A stretch of 64,000 nt of DNA from positions 1 through 64,000 of the IMG/VR virus record IMGVR_UViG_3300045973_000434; one strand, written 5' to 3'. The position numbers were made by a program, and so were the translations under genes. Under the pieces are notes generated by a model. It was not told where the DNA came from and made no database searches. It was given only the letters and a program-made list of their open reading frames with translations. Shown piece by piece: positions 36,325 through 47,100 of this stretch. The stretch's first letter is position 1. Each line of letters begins with the position of its first letter. This DNA comes from a virus.

Positions 36325-36615
36325 GTGGAAAAGAAGATTAGGGAAATGAGTCAAATACAAATACAAAACGTGTCGGCGGATGTGTTAGAGTTATTACAGA
36401 AAGACATATCCGATATTAAGATGGCACTGCTTGGTAATGAATATAACCCAGGTGGTGGTTTACTAAGTAGGACAGCAGAACTTGAAAAGGAATTATCAAA
36501 ACTTAAAAGTAGGTACGAACGAATAATATGGACCGTTAGTGTTGTAGGTGCTATTATTACTATGATTTTTAATTTCATTGCACAATTTTGGGACAAGCTT
36601 ATTGTTACTAAATAA
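36325..36615 (+). CDS. coiled-coil protein with C-terminal TM helix (96 aa; GTG start, alternative ATG 36346), lysis-associated candidate
   Basis: IIWTVSVVGAIITMIFNFIAQFW lies near the C-terminus. The gene is directly upstream of the endolysin with an ATAATG junction. Confidence 0.45.
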   Translation: MEKKIREMSQIQIQNVSADVLELLQKDISDIKMALLGNEYNPGGGLLSRTAELEKELSKLKSRYERIIWTVSVVGAIITMIFNFIAQFWDKLIVTK

Positions 36616-37100
36616 TGGATAAGATATCTAAACATATTAATTATACTGAAGCTACTAGAAGTGATACTGCTAAACGTAGTGGTATACCTAATACCCCTAG
36701 TAACTATCAGTTAGATAATATGAAGAGGTTAGCAGAAAATGTATTTGAACCTCTACGAGAACATTTTAACACACCAATCTTTATTGCTTCTTTCTATAGG
36801 AGCAATACAGTTAATGCGTTAATGGGGGGTGTTGCTAATTCACAACACATTTCAAACAATGGATCAGCTATAGATTTAGATGCTGATGTTTTTAATGTAA
36901 TATCTAATAATGATATATTTAATTACATTAAAGACAACTTAGACTTTGATCAATTAATAGCAGAAGACATTCATCCGGATGGAACTATTAATTGGGTACA
37001 TGTTAGTTATAATGAAAACCACAATAGACATGAAATTTTAACAATGACTATTATAGGTGATACAAAAAAATATGAAACTTATAGACCTGTTAACGTTTAA
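36615..37100 (+). CDS. endolysin, peptidase M15 family (161 aa)
   Basis: SFYRSNTVNALMGGVANSQH..NGSAIDLD ... WVHVSY matches the M15 zinc-binding layout (H..D...H). Confidence 0.75.
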   Translation: MDKISKHINYTEATRSDTAKRSGIPNTPSNYQLDNMKRLAENVFEPLREHFNTPIFIASFYRSNTVNALMGGVANSQHISNNGSAIDLDADVFNVISNNDIFNYIKDNLDFDQLIAEDIHPDGTINWVHVSYNENHNRHEILTMTIIGDTKKYETYRPVNV

Positions 37101-37134
37101 CATAAATACTATATTACCAGAGACTCAACGTAGA

Positions 37135-37371
37135 ATGAAAATTACTCTGTTGGTGTTTTTTGTAAATATAATTATATTTACTATTGGTTTATTCCTTAGA
37201 GCTAATTTATTAGAACTTGGTGGAGGAATAGCTGCAGTAGAAACTCCTGTAATTGCATGGGTGTTTGCTGAGAGTATTAGACCTACTGGTGAATACCTTA
37301 CTACGAAAACTACAACAACAACAACTAATGCTGAAACAGGTACAGTAAAAGAAACTATAAAAAATGAGTAA
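37135..37371 (+). CDS. two-TM holin-like protein (78 aa from ATG after the endolysin stop)
   Basis: MKITLLVFFVNIIIFTIGLFL and GGIAAVETPVIAWVFA are hydrophobic. The track ORF starts at GTG 37057, inside the endolysin gene. Confidence 0.45.
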   Translation: MKITLLVFFVNIIIFTIGLFLRANLLELGGGIAAVETPVIAWVFAESIRPTGEYLTTKTTTTTTNAETGTVKETIKNE

Positions 37372-38089
37372 GTTTAAAGACTTTATTAATAAGTATGTTA
37401 CTAAGACTACTGTAACAATAGCTGTAACACTTGTATTCTGTGCAACTTTATATATTGCAATTAATCAACATTCAAAATTAATAAACGCTCGTGCAGAACT
37501 TAAAAGTGAACAAACTATAAATGATGTGTTTGAAAAAGAAAGCAAGCGTAAACTAGATAGTCTTACAGTATATTATAATGCATCAATTAAAGAAAGAGAA
37601 GTTCTTATATCTCAAAGGGATAAAAAGATTGTATCTCAATCTAAAATAATTAATTCGTTACAGGATAGTTTAAAACATACCTTAGTAGATGCTGGGAATG
37701 TAAAAGCAGATTCGTCATATCAATATTTGAATCTACGCATACCTGCAGTAGCACCTTTAAAATATTCATTCGATTCATTACAAGTAAAAAAGATATACTA
37801 CACCTTCTTAGAAAGAGATGGGTTATTAGATATAAGCAATAGACAAACTATTTTAATATCTGACATGACTTTATCATCTTCTTTGAAAGATAGTCAAATG
37901 TCTGATTTAAGAAATTTAAATACTGTTTATATTTCTAAATTAAAAATAGCTGATACGAAAAACGAAGCTTTTACAAAAGAGTTAGATTCTAAAGATAAAG
38001 TTATTAGACAACAGAGGTTTTTAAAAACAATACTCATACCTCCAGCTGTAGTAGGAGTTGTTGCAATTGTTAAACTATTTATAAAATAA
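37364..38089 (+). CDS. membrane-anchored coiled-coil protein (241 aa), spanin-like candidate
   Basis: It has an N-terminal TM (TTVTIAVTLVFCATLYIAI), a long helical middle, and a C-terminal hydrophobic segment (ILIPPAVVGVVAIVKLFI). Confidence 0.4.
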   Translation: MSKFKDFINKYVTKTTVTIAVTLVFCATLYIAINQHSKLINARAELKSEQTINDVFEKESKRKLDSLTVYYNASIKEREVLISQRDKKIVSQSKIINSLQDSLKHTLVDAGNVKADSSYQYLNLRIPAVAPLKYSFDSLQVKKIYYTFLERDGLLDISNRQTILISDMTLSSSLKDSQMSDLRNLNTVYISKLKIADTKNEAFTKELDSKDKVIRQQRFLKTILIPPAVVGVVAIVKLFIK

Positions 38090-38091
38090 AA

Positions 38092-38784
38092 ATGGACTTC
38101 ATTACATTACGCACAATAACAAACGACCTTTTAAAAATAGTAAGGGCTTCTCATGTTACTAATAGTGAAACTATATCTCTAAGACAAATAGAGGATTGGG
38201 TTCATCAGTACAGAGCTGTTCTACTTAAAAGAGATTTAGATAAAGGTAAAAAACCAAACCCTGATTATATTCAAACTATAAACTATCTTAGACTTATTGA
38301 AGTAGAAGCAGGTGGTGTTAACATTGTCAAAGACAGAGATAAATCAAAAACATATACTCAGCGTACGACATTGGAAATACCAAAAACAATTGATTTAAAT
38401 TTTACATCTGGCTTCACATACGTGGGTACACCACTTGGTGAAGAGATAGATTTGTTACCAGAAGGTAGAGCTATATATCAACAGCATAAGAAGTATACAA
38501 AAGATGCTCGTATATCTTTTCTAAGAGATGGGCATATATATGTTGTAAATGATTTTCCTTTAGAGTATATTACAGTAAGGGGTATATTTGAAATACCATC
38601 TGAAGTAAGTAGGTTTACAAACCCAATTACTCAACAGCCTTATTTTAATATGGATTCTAAATATCCTATACCGGCTACATTAGTGCCGACGTTAAAGCAA
38701 ATGATATTATCAGAGGAGTTAAAAATTGAAGCATCTTCAGTTCCTGATTTAAAAAATGATGATCTAAACATACCAACAAAATAA
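38092..38784 (+). CDS. virion-module protein, unknown function (230 aa)
   Basis: ATG ORF, tightly packed. Confidence 0.55.
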   Translation: MDFITLRTITNDLLKIVRASHVTNSETISLRQIEDWVHQYRAVLLKRDLDKGKKPNPDYIQTINYLRLIEVEAGGVNIVKDRDKSKTYTQRTTLEIPKTIDLNFTSGFTYVGTPLGEEIDLLPEGRAIYQQHKKYTKDARISFLRDGHIYVVNDFPLEYITVRGIFEIPSEVSRFTNPITQQPYFNMDSKYPIPATLVPTLKQMILSEELKIEASSVPDLKNDDLNIPTK

Positions 38785-39251
38785 TGTTTTTTAGTAGGGG
38801 TAAGAATAAAGTTCAGAATCCTTATACGGTTAAGGAGATCTATTCTTTTTATATAGACGATGTTGGGGAAAATAGTTTATACTATGTCGAACAGGTTGAA
38901 TACTGTGACATAGTATATGACTTTTATAAGGGTATCATAGAAGCGGTGATTAGGAATAATTATTGTTTCAAGTTACCTTTTGGTTTAGGTGAGTTTAGTA
39001 TCTTGAAAACCAAAATCAAATTAGATAAACTAAATATACTTTCAGTAGATTGGACACATACTGTTGAGAATGGTAAATATATTTATCATTTGAACGAACA
39101 TACAAATGGTTATAAGTATTTCTTTTACTGGAGTAAAAAAAACAAACGAGCAAAGAACTTATATTATTATAAGTTAGTTATGACTAGAGCGAATAAAAGA
39201 TTATTAGCCAAGTTAATAAAGTCTGGAAAATATGATTACTTTGAAAAATAA
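38784..39251 (+). CDS. possible HU/IHF-like DNA-binding protein (155 aa)
   Basis: ...YKGIIEAVIRNNYCFKLPFGLGEFSILK... resembles the Bacteroidota-type HU fold motif (lP.glG.f.v.k). Confidence 0.35.
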   Translation: MFFSRGKNKVQNPYTVKEIYSFYIDDVGENSLYYVEQVEYCDIVYDFYKGIIEAVIRNNYCFKLPFGLGEFSILKTKIKLDKLNILSVDWTHTVENGKYIYHLNEHTNGYKYFFYWSKKNKRAKNLYYYKLVMTRANKRLLAKLIKSGKYDYFEK

Positions 39252-39256
39252 CATAA

Positions 39257-42200
39257 ATGATAAGAGGTAGAAAATATGATTTGTTCGGTTATCCTGGACC
39301 AGCTGGTAAGTCTGCATATCAACTTGCAGTACTAAATGGTTTTAAAGGAACTGAAGAAGAATGGTTAGCATCTTTAGGTGGTGGAGAAGTTGGTACTGGT
39401 TTTACAACAGCCAGTGTAACTGGTTCACGTTTATTAGGTACTATGGGAACAAGTGGGTTAAATCTATTTGTTCCTAATTATTTAACTACCGCAGCAAATG
39501 GTGGTGGTGGAGGTCCATGGGTTGTTAGTACTAAAACTGGTTCTGATATACAAATATCAACCGGTAGTATAAACACATTACACCATGGTAATTTTATTAC
39601 TACATATGTAGCAGGCACATCTGTAAACGCTGCTGGTTTAAATGCAGCAATGACTGGTGGTTCTATTACAGTTAATACATCTGGTATATCAATTAATTTA
39701 CCAGACTATTTAACTACTGCAGCTAATTCCACTCATACACATGTTTATCAAACTACAGGTAATTATTTAACAACTGCAGCTGTTTCAGATCATACTCATT
39801 CAGATCTATATCAATCTAAAGGTGCATATTTAACTACAGCTATGGCTTCCAATGCTGGTAGTAACTTTATACCAATTGGTAATAGCACTGATTACGCAAC
39901 GTCTGTTTTATCAACTAAGTTTCTTACAACAGCACAGGCACCTGGAGCATATCTAACAACTGCTATGCAATCAGCTAGCTCTAGTGTGTTCATGAAGACT
40001 GGCTTTACAACAACTGCGACTGCAGGTACAGCTGTAGTAGCTACAGCAAATACAGATGGTTTAAAACTTGGAGTTCCAGCATTTTTAACAACCGCAATGT
40101 TGTCTCAGAACACTAGTCTTTATCAATCTACAGGAGCTTATTTAACAACAGCAATGTTATCAGCCAACACTAGTGCTTACATGAGTACAGGTGAAAGGAA
40201 CAACTATCAATACACTTCTAATAGTTCTAACAACACTAGTGTCTACCAAGCGTTATCCGCTACAACAAAATTTGCTGGTAGTGGCACATCTGCTACGAAT
40301 GCTAGTATAACACTTAACTCAAATGGTTTAGCAATATCTGTTGCAGCCCCAAGTGCTGCTGGTGGTATTGCAGGTTCAATTGGTGGTAACTCAACATCAG
40401 CAGGTGCAGGTTATTCAAACATTACTTCAGGTACTATGTACTTGATGGGTGGTAACAATATAACCTTATCTCAGAATGGTGCGTCAGTTACAATAGTTGG
40501 TCCTACAGCAGGTGCTGGTGATGGTGGTAATGTGTTAGCAGCCGGCGGTTCAACCGCAGGTTCTACAGGTACTTATGGTTTTGGTAATGCTAATGGTATA
40601 TCGTTTAGTTTAAATGGTTCTACTATTACAGCAAGTCATAATGCTATAACATCACAGTCTAATCAAATTCTAACACTATACGCTACTTCTAATACTACCG
40701 GTGTTTCATCTACAACAATGAACGCATCTAGTTTAATATTTAAAGGAGTAGATCAATTGTCTGTTGGTTTTTCTGCCGGTTCTATATTATTAGAACATGG
40801 TGGTGCTGATCCATTGTTTAATAGAATAGCTGCTAGTAATAGTACTGTTCCAGCAGGATCTACAGTTATATTTTCTAATTCAAATAACGTATCCTTTGGT
40901 ATAACTAACGGTTCTCAACTTACAGCAAGTGCTTCTTTTAACGGATTAACTACAGCGATGCAATCAGACGCTGGTAGTAATTTTATAGGTATAGGAAATA
41001 GTACAGCATATCAAACATCTGTTCTATCAACTAAATTTTTAACTACAGCCGATCTATCTCAAAACTCAAGTAACTATTTAAATACTTCTGTAAGTAGTGC
41101 TTATCAAACCTCTGTGTTATCAGGTACATTCCAACAAATATCAGCTAGTTCGGCATATCAGACAGCAACGCTTTCTACAGCATTAATGCCGTTAACGTAT
41201 TCAAGTGGGTTTCAGACTGCAACATTAGCAACCAAGTTCTTAACTACAGCAGCTGTATCAGATCACACACATTCAAACTTATATGTTAACACTTCAGTAA
41301 GTGCTAACTTTTTAACTACTGCAGCTCAGTCAGGACATACACACGCAAGTGCACCTAGTATAACAGGTAATATAAGTGTAACCTCAAATAGTTCTGCTTG
41401 GTCCATAGCAATAGGTGCATACCTTACAACTGCTATGCTATCACAGAATACTAGTTTATATCAATCAACTGGTGCTTACTTAACAACAGCAATGGCTAGT
41501 AACCAAGCGCTGTATTCTGCAACAAGCCAGTTCTCAGCATCTTTTATTAACACAGGACAAACTGCTGGATTTCTTACTACAGCAGCTGCAAGTAATCATT
41601 CACATGGTAATCCTACTCTTTATCTAACAAACATATCAGGTACTACCGCTAGTGCGTCAAATGGATTTAGTTTATCATTAAGCGCAGACACTGTTGGTGG
41701 TGGTGGCACAGCGTCTATAATCTTTCAAGATGGTAGTGGTGTATCATGGGGTAGTTCAGTTAACGGAGTATCTACTACTATTACAGCATCTGTAAATGGT
41801 GGTGCCGCTGGTGCAGGACTTAACAGTGCTATCACTGGTGGTAGTATGACAGTAAATACTTCAGGTATCAGTATTAATATACCTACGTATTTAACTACAG
41901 CAATGGCTTCTGATGCTGGTAGTAATTTTATTGCAATAGGAAATTCCACAGCATATCAGACTTCTGTGTTAGATAACACTTTCATGGAACTTAGTTATAG
42001 CTCTGCATTTCAAACAGCTACTTTAGCCACTAAGTTTTTAACTACAGCCATGGCTAGTAACCAAGCTATCTATTCAGCTACTAGTCAATTTTCTGCATCC
42101 TTTGTAAATACAGGTCAGAGTAGTGCATATAACACCACTGTATTATCTACAGCACTTATGCCACTTGCATATAGTTCTGGATGGAACAGTACGGTGTTAT

Positions 42201-43264
42201 CAACTAAATTCTTAACCACAGCAGCTTTATCAGGAGATACTACTAAGTATATACAGGCGTGGGAACTAGCGGGAGCTAATACAGCAGGTACATCTTCTAG
42301 TTTACAAGGTACAAAACTATTCTTTTCTGGTGGTAATAATATTACACTGTCAGGTAATAGCAATACAATAATAATATCTGCTGGTAACGGTGGTGGTGGT
42401 GGCATAGCTGCTAGTATAGGTGGTAACTCAACATCAGCTGGAGCTGGTTATTCTAATATTACATCTGGTACAATGTTAATAGCTGGTGGTAGTAATATTA
42501 CTTTAAGACAAGCTGGTTCAGTTGTTTCAATAGATGGAGCTACAGCTAATGGTCCAGCTTCTGTAGTATTTCAGGATGGTAATGGAATTACTTGGGCAAG
42601 TACTGTAGCAGGTTCAACAACAACTATAGGTGCAACGGCTAATTTAGGTGCCCCTAATAGAAGTATGATAGAAATTATACCAGGGGAATATTTAACTAAA
42701 GTATTTTCTCTTTCACAAACACAAGTAAGTAAAAGAGTTGTATTTACTCCTTTTTGGATGGATGGTAATGGGGTGCAAGCTTCGACAGTAAGAATACTTA
42801 TGTCATGGGTAACTAATTCTACAGGACCACAAATGACATATGGGGCTGCATTTTATTCAGAAGTTAACCCAACTAGTTTGGCTTTATATGATAGTACTAC
42901 AGCAACAATAGATTTATCTTCAACTCAAAGTGCTTCTTATACTGGTATTCGTGCATGGGATATAACTGGTATGACAAAAACATTATCTGAAGGTAGATGG
43001 ATTATGGGTTTGTATTTTAACGGTACTGCTGCTAATAATATGAATGGAATAGTATACGGTGCATCAGCATATCCAAATATATTAGGATATATATCAGGAG
43101 GACAATCAACTCTTGGTACAAATGATACAGTACATTTATTTCCATGGATGGGATATTACTCTGCTACAACTGCTGGATTTCCTGCAAATGTAGGCAGATC
43201 TCAAATATATGGAGGTAGATCGGCAGATGCGTTTGACTTCTATGCAGCAATAAAAGAAATATAA
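39257..43264 (+). CDS. long Ser/Thr/Ala/Gly-rich tail fibre (1335 aa)
   Basis: The N-terminal GPAGKSAYQLAVLNGFKGTEEEWLASLGG is a common phage-fibre N-terminal motif. By my count it has about 18 [FY]LTTA repeats and five HxH motifs. It shares modules with 27022..29709. Confidence 0.75.
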   Translation: MIRGRKYDLFGYPGPAGKSAYQLAVLNGFKGTEEEWLASLGGGEVGTGFTTASVTGSRLLGTMGTSGLNLFVPNYLTTAANGGGGGPWVVSTKTGSDIQISTGSINTLHHGNFITTYVAGTSVNAAGLNAAMTGGSITVNTSGISINLPDYLTTAANSTHTHVYQTTGNYLTTAAVSDHTHSDLYQSKGAYLTTAMASNAGSNFIPIGNSTDYATSVLSTKFLTTAQAPGAYLTTAMQSASSSVFMKTGFTTTATAGTAVVATANTDGLKLGVPAFLTTAMLSQNTSLYQSTGAYLTTAMLSANTSAYMSTGERNNYQYTSNSSNNTSVYQALSATTKFAGSGTSATNASITLNSNGLAISVAAPSAAGGIAGSIGGNSTSAGAGYSNITSGTMYLMGGNNITLSQNGASVTIVGPTAGAGDGGNVLAAGGSTAGSTGTYGFGNANGISFSLNGSTITASHNAITSQSNQILTLYATSNTTGVSSTTMNASSLIFKGVDQLSVGFSAGSILLEHGGADPLFNRIAASNSTVPAGSTVIFSNSNNVSFGITNGSQLTASASFNGLTTAMQSDAGSNFIGIGNSTAYQTSVLSTKFLTTADLSQNSSNYLNTSVSSAYQTSVLSGTFQQISASSAYQTATLSTALMPLTYSSGFQTATLATKFLTTAAVSDHTHSNLYVNTSVSANFLTTAAQSGHTHASAPSITGNISVTSNSSAWSIAIGAYLTTAMLSQNTSLYQSTGAYLTTAMASNQALYSATSQFSASFINTGQTAGFLTTAAASNHSHGNPTLYLTNISGTTASASNGFSLSLSADTVGGGGTASIIFQDGSGVSWGSSVNGVSTTITASVNGGAAGAGLNSAITGGSMTVNTSGISINIPTYLTTAMASDAGSNFIAIGNSTAYQTSVLDNTFMELSYSSAFQTATLATKFLTTAMASNQAIYSATSQFSASFVNTGQSSAYNTTVLSTALMPLAYSSGWNSTVLSTKFLTTAALSGDTTKYIQAWELAGANTAGTSSSLQGTKLFFSGGNNITLSGNSNTIIISAGNGGGGGIAASIGGNSTSAGAGYSNITSGTMLIAGGSNITLRQAGSVVSIDGATANGPASVVFQDGNGITWASTVAGSTTTIGATANLGAPNRSMIEIIPGEYLTKVFSLSQTQVSKRVVFTPFWMDGNGVQASTVRILMSWVTNSTGPQMTYGAAFYSEVNPTSLALYDSTTATIDLSSTQSASYTGIRAWDITGMTKTLSEGRWIMGLYFNGTAANNMNGIVYGASAYPNILGYISGGQSTLGTNDTVHLFPWMGYYSATTAGFPANVGRSQIYGGRSADAFDFYAAIKEI

Positions 43265-43275
43265 TATATAATAAA

Positions 43276-44187
43276 ATGATTTATAAAACAACAAGTGTAA
43301 AAAGAGTTATTGCAAAAGTATTTACTGATCTTGATCTACAAGAAGGTGAACATAGAATAGCAGATATGATTGAGTGGGCTGGTGAAGCTCTTGAAAAGAT
43401 AGGAGCATTTCCTTCTTTTGAAAATAAAATTACTGGTAGAGATGGCGATCCTCTTCTACCTCTTAATAATTATATAACTGCTTTACCTTGTGACTTTCAT
43501 ACAGTTATACAAGTTTCATTTTCTACTTCTGCAGATGGTCCTTTTTATCCAATGAGATATACAACTGGTAACTTTGATATGGGAAATCAAACTCCTACAG
43601 TAAGTGATAAAGCTGATCCAGTTCCTTCAACAGCTAATATTGTTATGTTAGCAATGACTTTATATGATTGGGATTATGATACTGCTTTAACTAGGGTTAA
43701 TTCAGATCCTTTACTTAAGTCTAAAATGAAAGCCATTTTAAATTTAGGTACAACTAAAATAGATCAAGTTGGTAATCAACAACCTTTAGTAACAGATTAT
43801 GTATATATGATTAGTTCTAGCTATTTAAAAACTAATGTTAGAGATGGTTATATAATGATGGCTTATCAAGCAGTTCCTACTGATGATGAAGGATACCCAA
43901 TGATACCAGATGATGCAGACTTCTTAGAAGCCATCTATTGGTATATTACAATGAAATTATTATATCCTCAATGGAAACAAGGAAGTGTAAGAGATCAAGT
44001 ATATTATGATGCTAGACGTTCTTGGAATTATAATTGTAAGAAAGCATACGGTAATGCTATGATGCCGAACATCGATCAGTTAGAAAGTATAAAAAATAGT
44101 TGGCTTAGATTAGTACCAGAAATTGAAGAACACGCTACTGGATTCTCTTACTTAGGACAAAGACAACGCGTTTATAATCAACAATAA
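43276..44187 (+). CDS. tail-module protein, unknown function (303 aa)
   Basis: ATG ORF. Confidence 0.55.
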   Translation: MIYKTTSVKRVIAKVFTDLDLQEGEHRIADMIEWAGEALEKIGAFPSFENKITGRDGDPLLPLNNYITALPCDFHTVIQVSFSTSADGPFYPMRYTTGNFDMGNQTPTVSDKADPVPSTANIVMLAMTLYDWDYDTALTRVNSDPLLKSKMKAILNLGTTKIDQVGNQQPLVTDYVYMISSSYLKTNVRDGYIMMAYQAVPTDDEGYPMIPDDADFLEAIYWYITMKLLYPQWKQGSVRDQVYYDARRSWNYNCKKAYGNAMMPNIDQLESIKNSWLRLVPEIEEHATGFSYLGQRQRVYNQQ

Positions 44188-44189
44188 TT

Positions 44190-47100
44190 ATGACTAAAGC
44201 TGTAATAAATTCCTTTACAGATGCGATGAATAAAGACATTGATAAAGCATTAATGTCTAATAAAGCATATCTTGATGCACAGAATTTTCGTATGGTAACA
44301 ACTAAAGGAAAGTCTACTGGTGCATTAGAAACAATTAAAGGTAATAAATTAATTAATGTTAATACTATTGTAGCTGGCCAGTTTATAATTGGTTCCTGTG
44401 AAGTAAGAGACACATTAGTATTGTTTACTACAAATAATACTAGTACTACTCCAAATGGTGGTAGAAGTATGATCTATTCTATGAAAGTTAATTTAGAAAC
44501 AGAAGTTGGAACTACTCCAGTAGTTTTATATGATGATCAAAATAATAATAACTCTGGATACCTAAACTTTAGTGTAGCTCATCCTATTAAAACAATAGGT
44601 AAATATGAGACGCCTAATATACAAAAGGTATATTGGACTGATGGGTATAACAATCTTCGATATGTAGACATTGCAAAGAAGTTAACCATAACTGGTTTGC
44701 CATATACTACAGATGATTACATGTCTGTATTGAAATTTGAATTTCTACCAGAATTTGCTTCAAGCAAACCTGTATTAGTTGATATAGTTTCCGGTTCTTT
44801 GAGGAGTGGTATGGTACAGTATGCATATCAGTTATATAGACTGAATGGTGCAGAGACTGCAATATCACCGGTAAGTGATTTAATTCACATAGTTTCAGAC
44901 AACGATTTTGCCACTACTACTTTAAACTATAAAGGAGATAGTGAAAGCAAGGAAACTGGTAAAGGATGTAAATTATTAATAAACAATAGTAATGGTGGGT
45001 ATAATAGAATTAGGTTAATTAGGGTTCATTACCCAACATTAAATTCTATACCAACTATATCTATATGTAATGAATCTGAAATAAGTACTGCTGCTGGTTC
45101 GGTGTATATAACTGATACTGGTAATGTACTAGGTGATTTAACTATTGATGAGTTTAATATTGCTTCTACAGAATTATTTAAATGTCAAGATATAGCTAGC
45201 AAAGACAATAGATTATTTGCAGCTAATATTACAAAATCAGAATTTACAATAGGTAATACATGGGATGCTAGGGCGGTTAGGTTTAGGTCTTTAGATAACA
45301 CAGCTTATGTATTTGATACACCTTATTCTGCAACTGGTCAAGTTGTTATTAATAATACTTTATCTAATTGGATTAGTTCATATGATTTAGATCACAATGG
45401 GATAAACGGTTTCAATGATCCTGATAATGATGACAACGCTAACTATCAATTTAAATATCAAGCAAACGGTTCTACTGTTGGTGCAGAGGGTCTTAATGTT
45501 AAAATTGATTTTGAAACTGAAGCTGTTCTATTAGATAATTCAAATTCTTATACTACTTTTAGTACAACATCCACTGCTTCATCATATACTAACTTTGCAA
45601 GTCCTTGGAGAGATGGTTCTCTTAGTTGGCAACGAGATGAGGTATATAGACTATTTGTTGTATGGCAAAATGCAATAGGACAAACATCTGAACCACAATG
45701 GATCATAGATTTAAGGATGCCTAGTCTACACGATGCAGACTTTACAAATTCTAGTTCTGCTAATGTACAGCCATCTATATTAGGTGACTTAGTTACATTA
45801 TCAAATGAGGTTTATATAAGTGTATTACGTCCTAGAATATATTTCAAATCAAAACCAACTGGTGCTGTATCATGTCAGATATATAGAGTAAAAAGAGATA
45901 GGTCTGATCGTTCTGTTATAACACAAGGACTTGTTGTTCCTACTAAAGCAAATGGTGGTAGATTGTATCCAGATCAAGCAGATGTTGTTATACCATCTTC
46001 AGATAGTATAAATCTTATTAAACTTGTATCTCCAGAAATAAATATAACAAGAAATGTATCAAAAAGAAATAATGATTATATTGAATTTGCAACGTATTTT
46101 GCTACAGGTTTATTAACAAATGATTCTGTAGGTCCTCTTGGTGCATATCATAGAAGGATAGATAAGTTAGTAGAAAATACTAGAGTTCCTTATACAGGAA
46201 ATGTAAAATCAAATATAACAGAAATACTATCAGTTTCTCCAGCAACTGAAGATAGTGCAACTTCAGGAGTTACAATAGATTCAAAATCATACTGTAACTT
46301 TAACCAAGATGGTAGTCATACTTATTCTAAAGGTTGTAGTGGTATGTTAATATCATATTCAAACAACAACTGGTTTGGTGAAGGTAATCCGTTTGTAATA
46401 GTAAACTATAGATCAAATATAGCAAACTCACAGTATGGTGGTAGCACATATGAAGATAGATCTATCAATGTTAGTATACCATGTTCTGATGTTATAACAA
46501 ATATAAACACTTGGTATAGTATTAAAGGTGGTGACACTTTTATAAACTACTTTGATGTATCGACTCTATTGGTAGATCTATCAAGAACACAGTTAAGTTC
46601 ATCAGTGTCTGAAACAGTATTTGTTCCATTAGAAAGTTCTATCAATTGTGACTTAAGACACGACACAAGTAACGCGCATGCTAGTTATGCAATTAGTGTA
46701 GCAGTTATGAGACAAGAGTATTTAGGAACTCATCAAGTTGTTTTTGACACAAACCCTGGTACACTCACTATGACATATGAACAAGACAAAGATTTATATT
46801 TATACAACACAGTCTATTCTCAAGAAACAATGGTACAGAATGCAATTGCATTTGGTATAGACACTGTGTTAGAAACTGAATTTGATACAATGATCAAAGT
46901 GTCTGCTATTAAAACAAATGGTGAGATGTCAGACTCTTGGTCTAAGTTTGGTATAAATGATTTCTTAGAAGTTGATTCAACATACGGTCCTATAAATGCT
47001 TTACATTTATTTAATAATAGTTTGTACTACTGGCAAGATCGTGCTGTTGGTATAGCATCTGTTAATGAACGTAGTTTAATAAATGACAAGTCTTCTGCAC

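Noticed and set aside
8332-43000. Many antisense or out-of-frame track ORFs inside large genes, e.g. 8332-8571, 14718-15041, 17798-18118, 18220-18441, 19525-19773, 23826-24164, 24395-24700, 25983-26333, 36351-36635, 41725-41949, 42115-42405 and 44135-44413.
   Set aside because: Each is fully embedded in a longer, better-supported gene on the other strand or in another frame. They have biased Ser/Cys/Leu-rich composition and break the otherwise uniform gene orientation.
27022-43264. A diversity-generating retroelement (template and variable repeats) or an invertible shufflon acting on the repeated fibre modules.
   Set aside because: No reverse transcriptase or invertase gene is in the window. 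The repeat copies differ at all codon positions, mostly synonymously, rather than showing the adenine-specific pattern of DGR VR/TR pairs. I saw no flanking inverted crossover sites.
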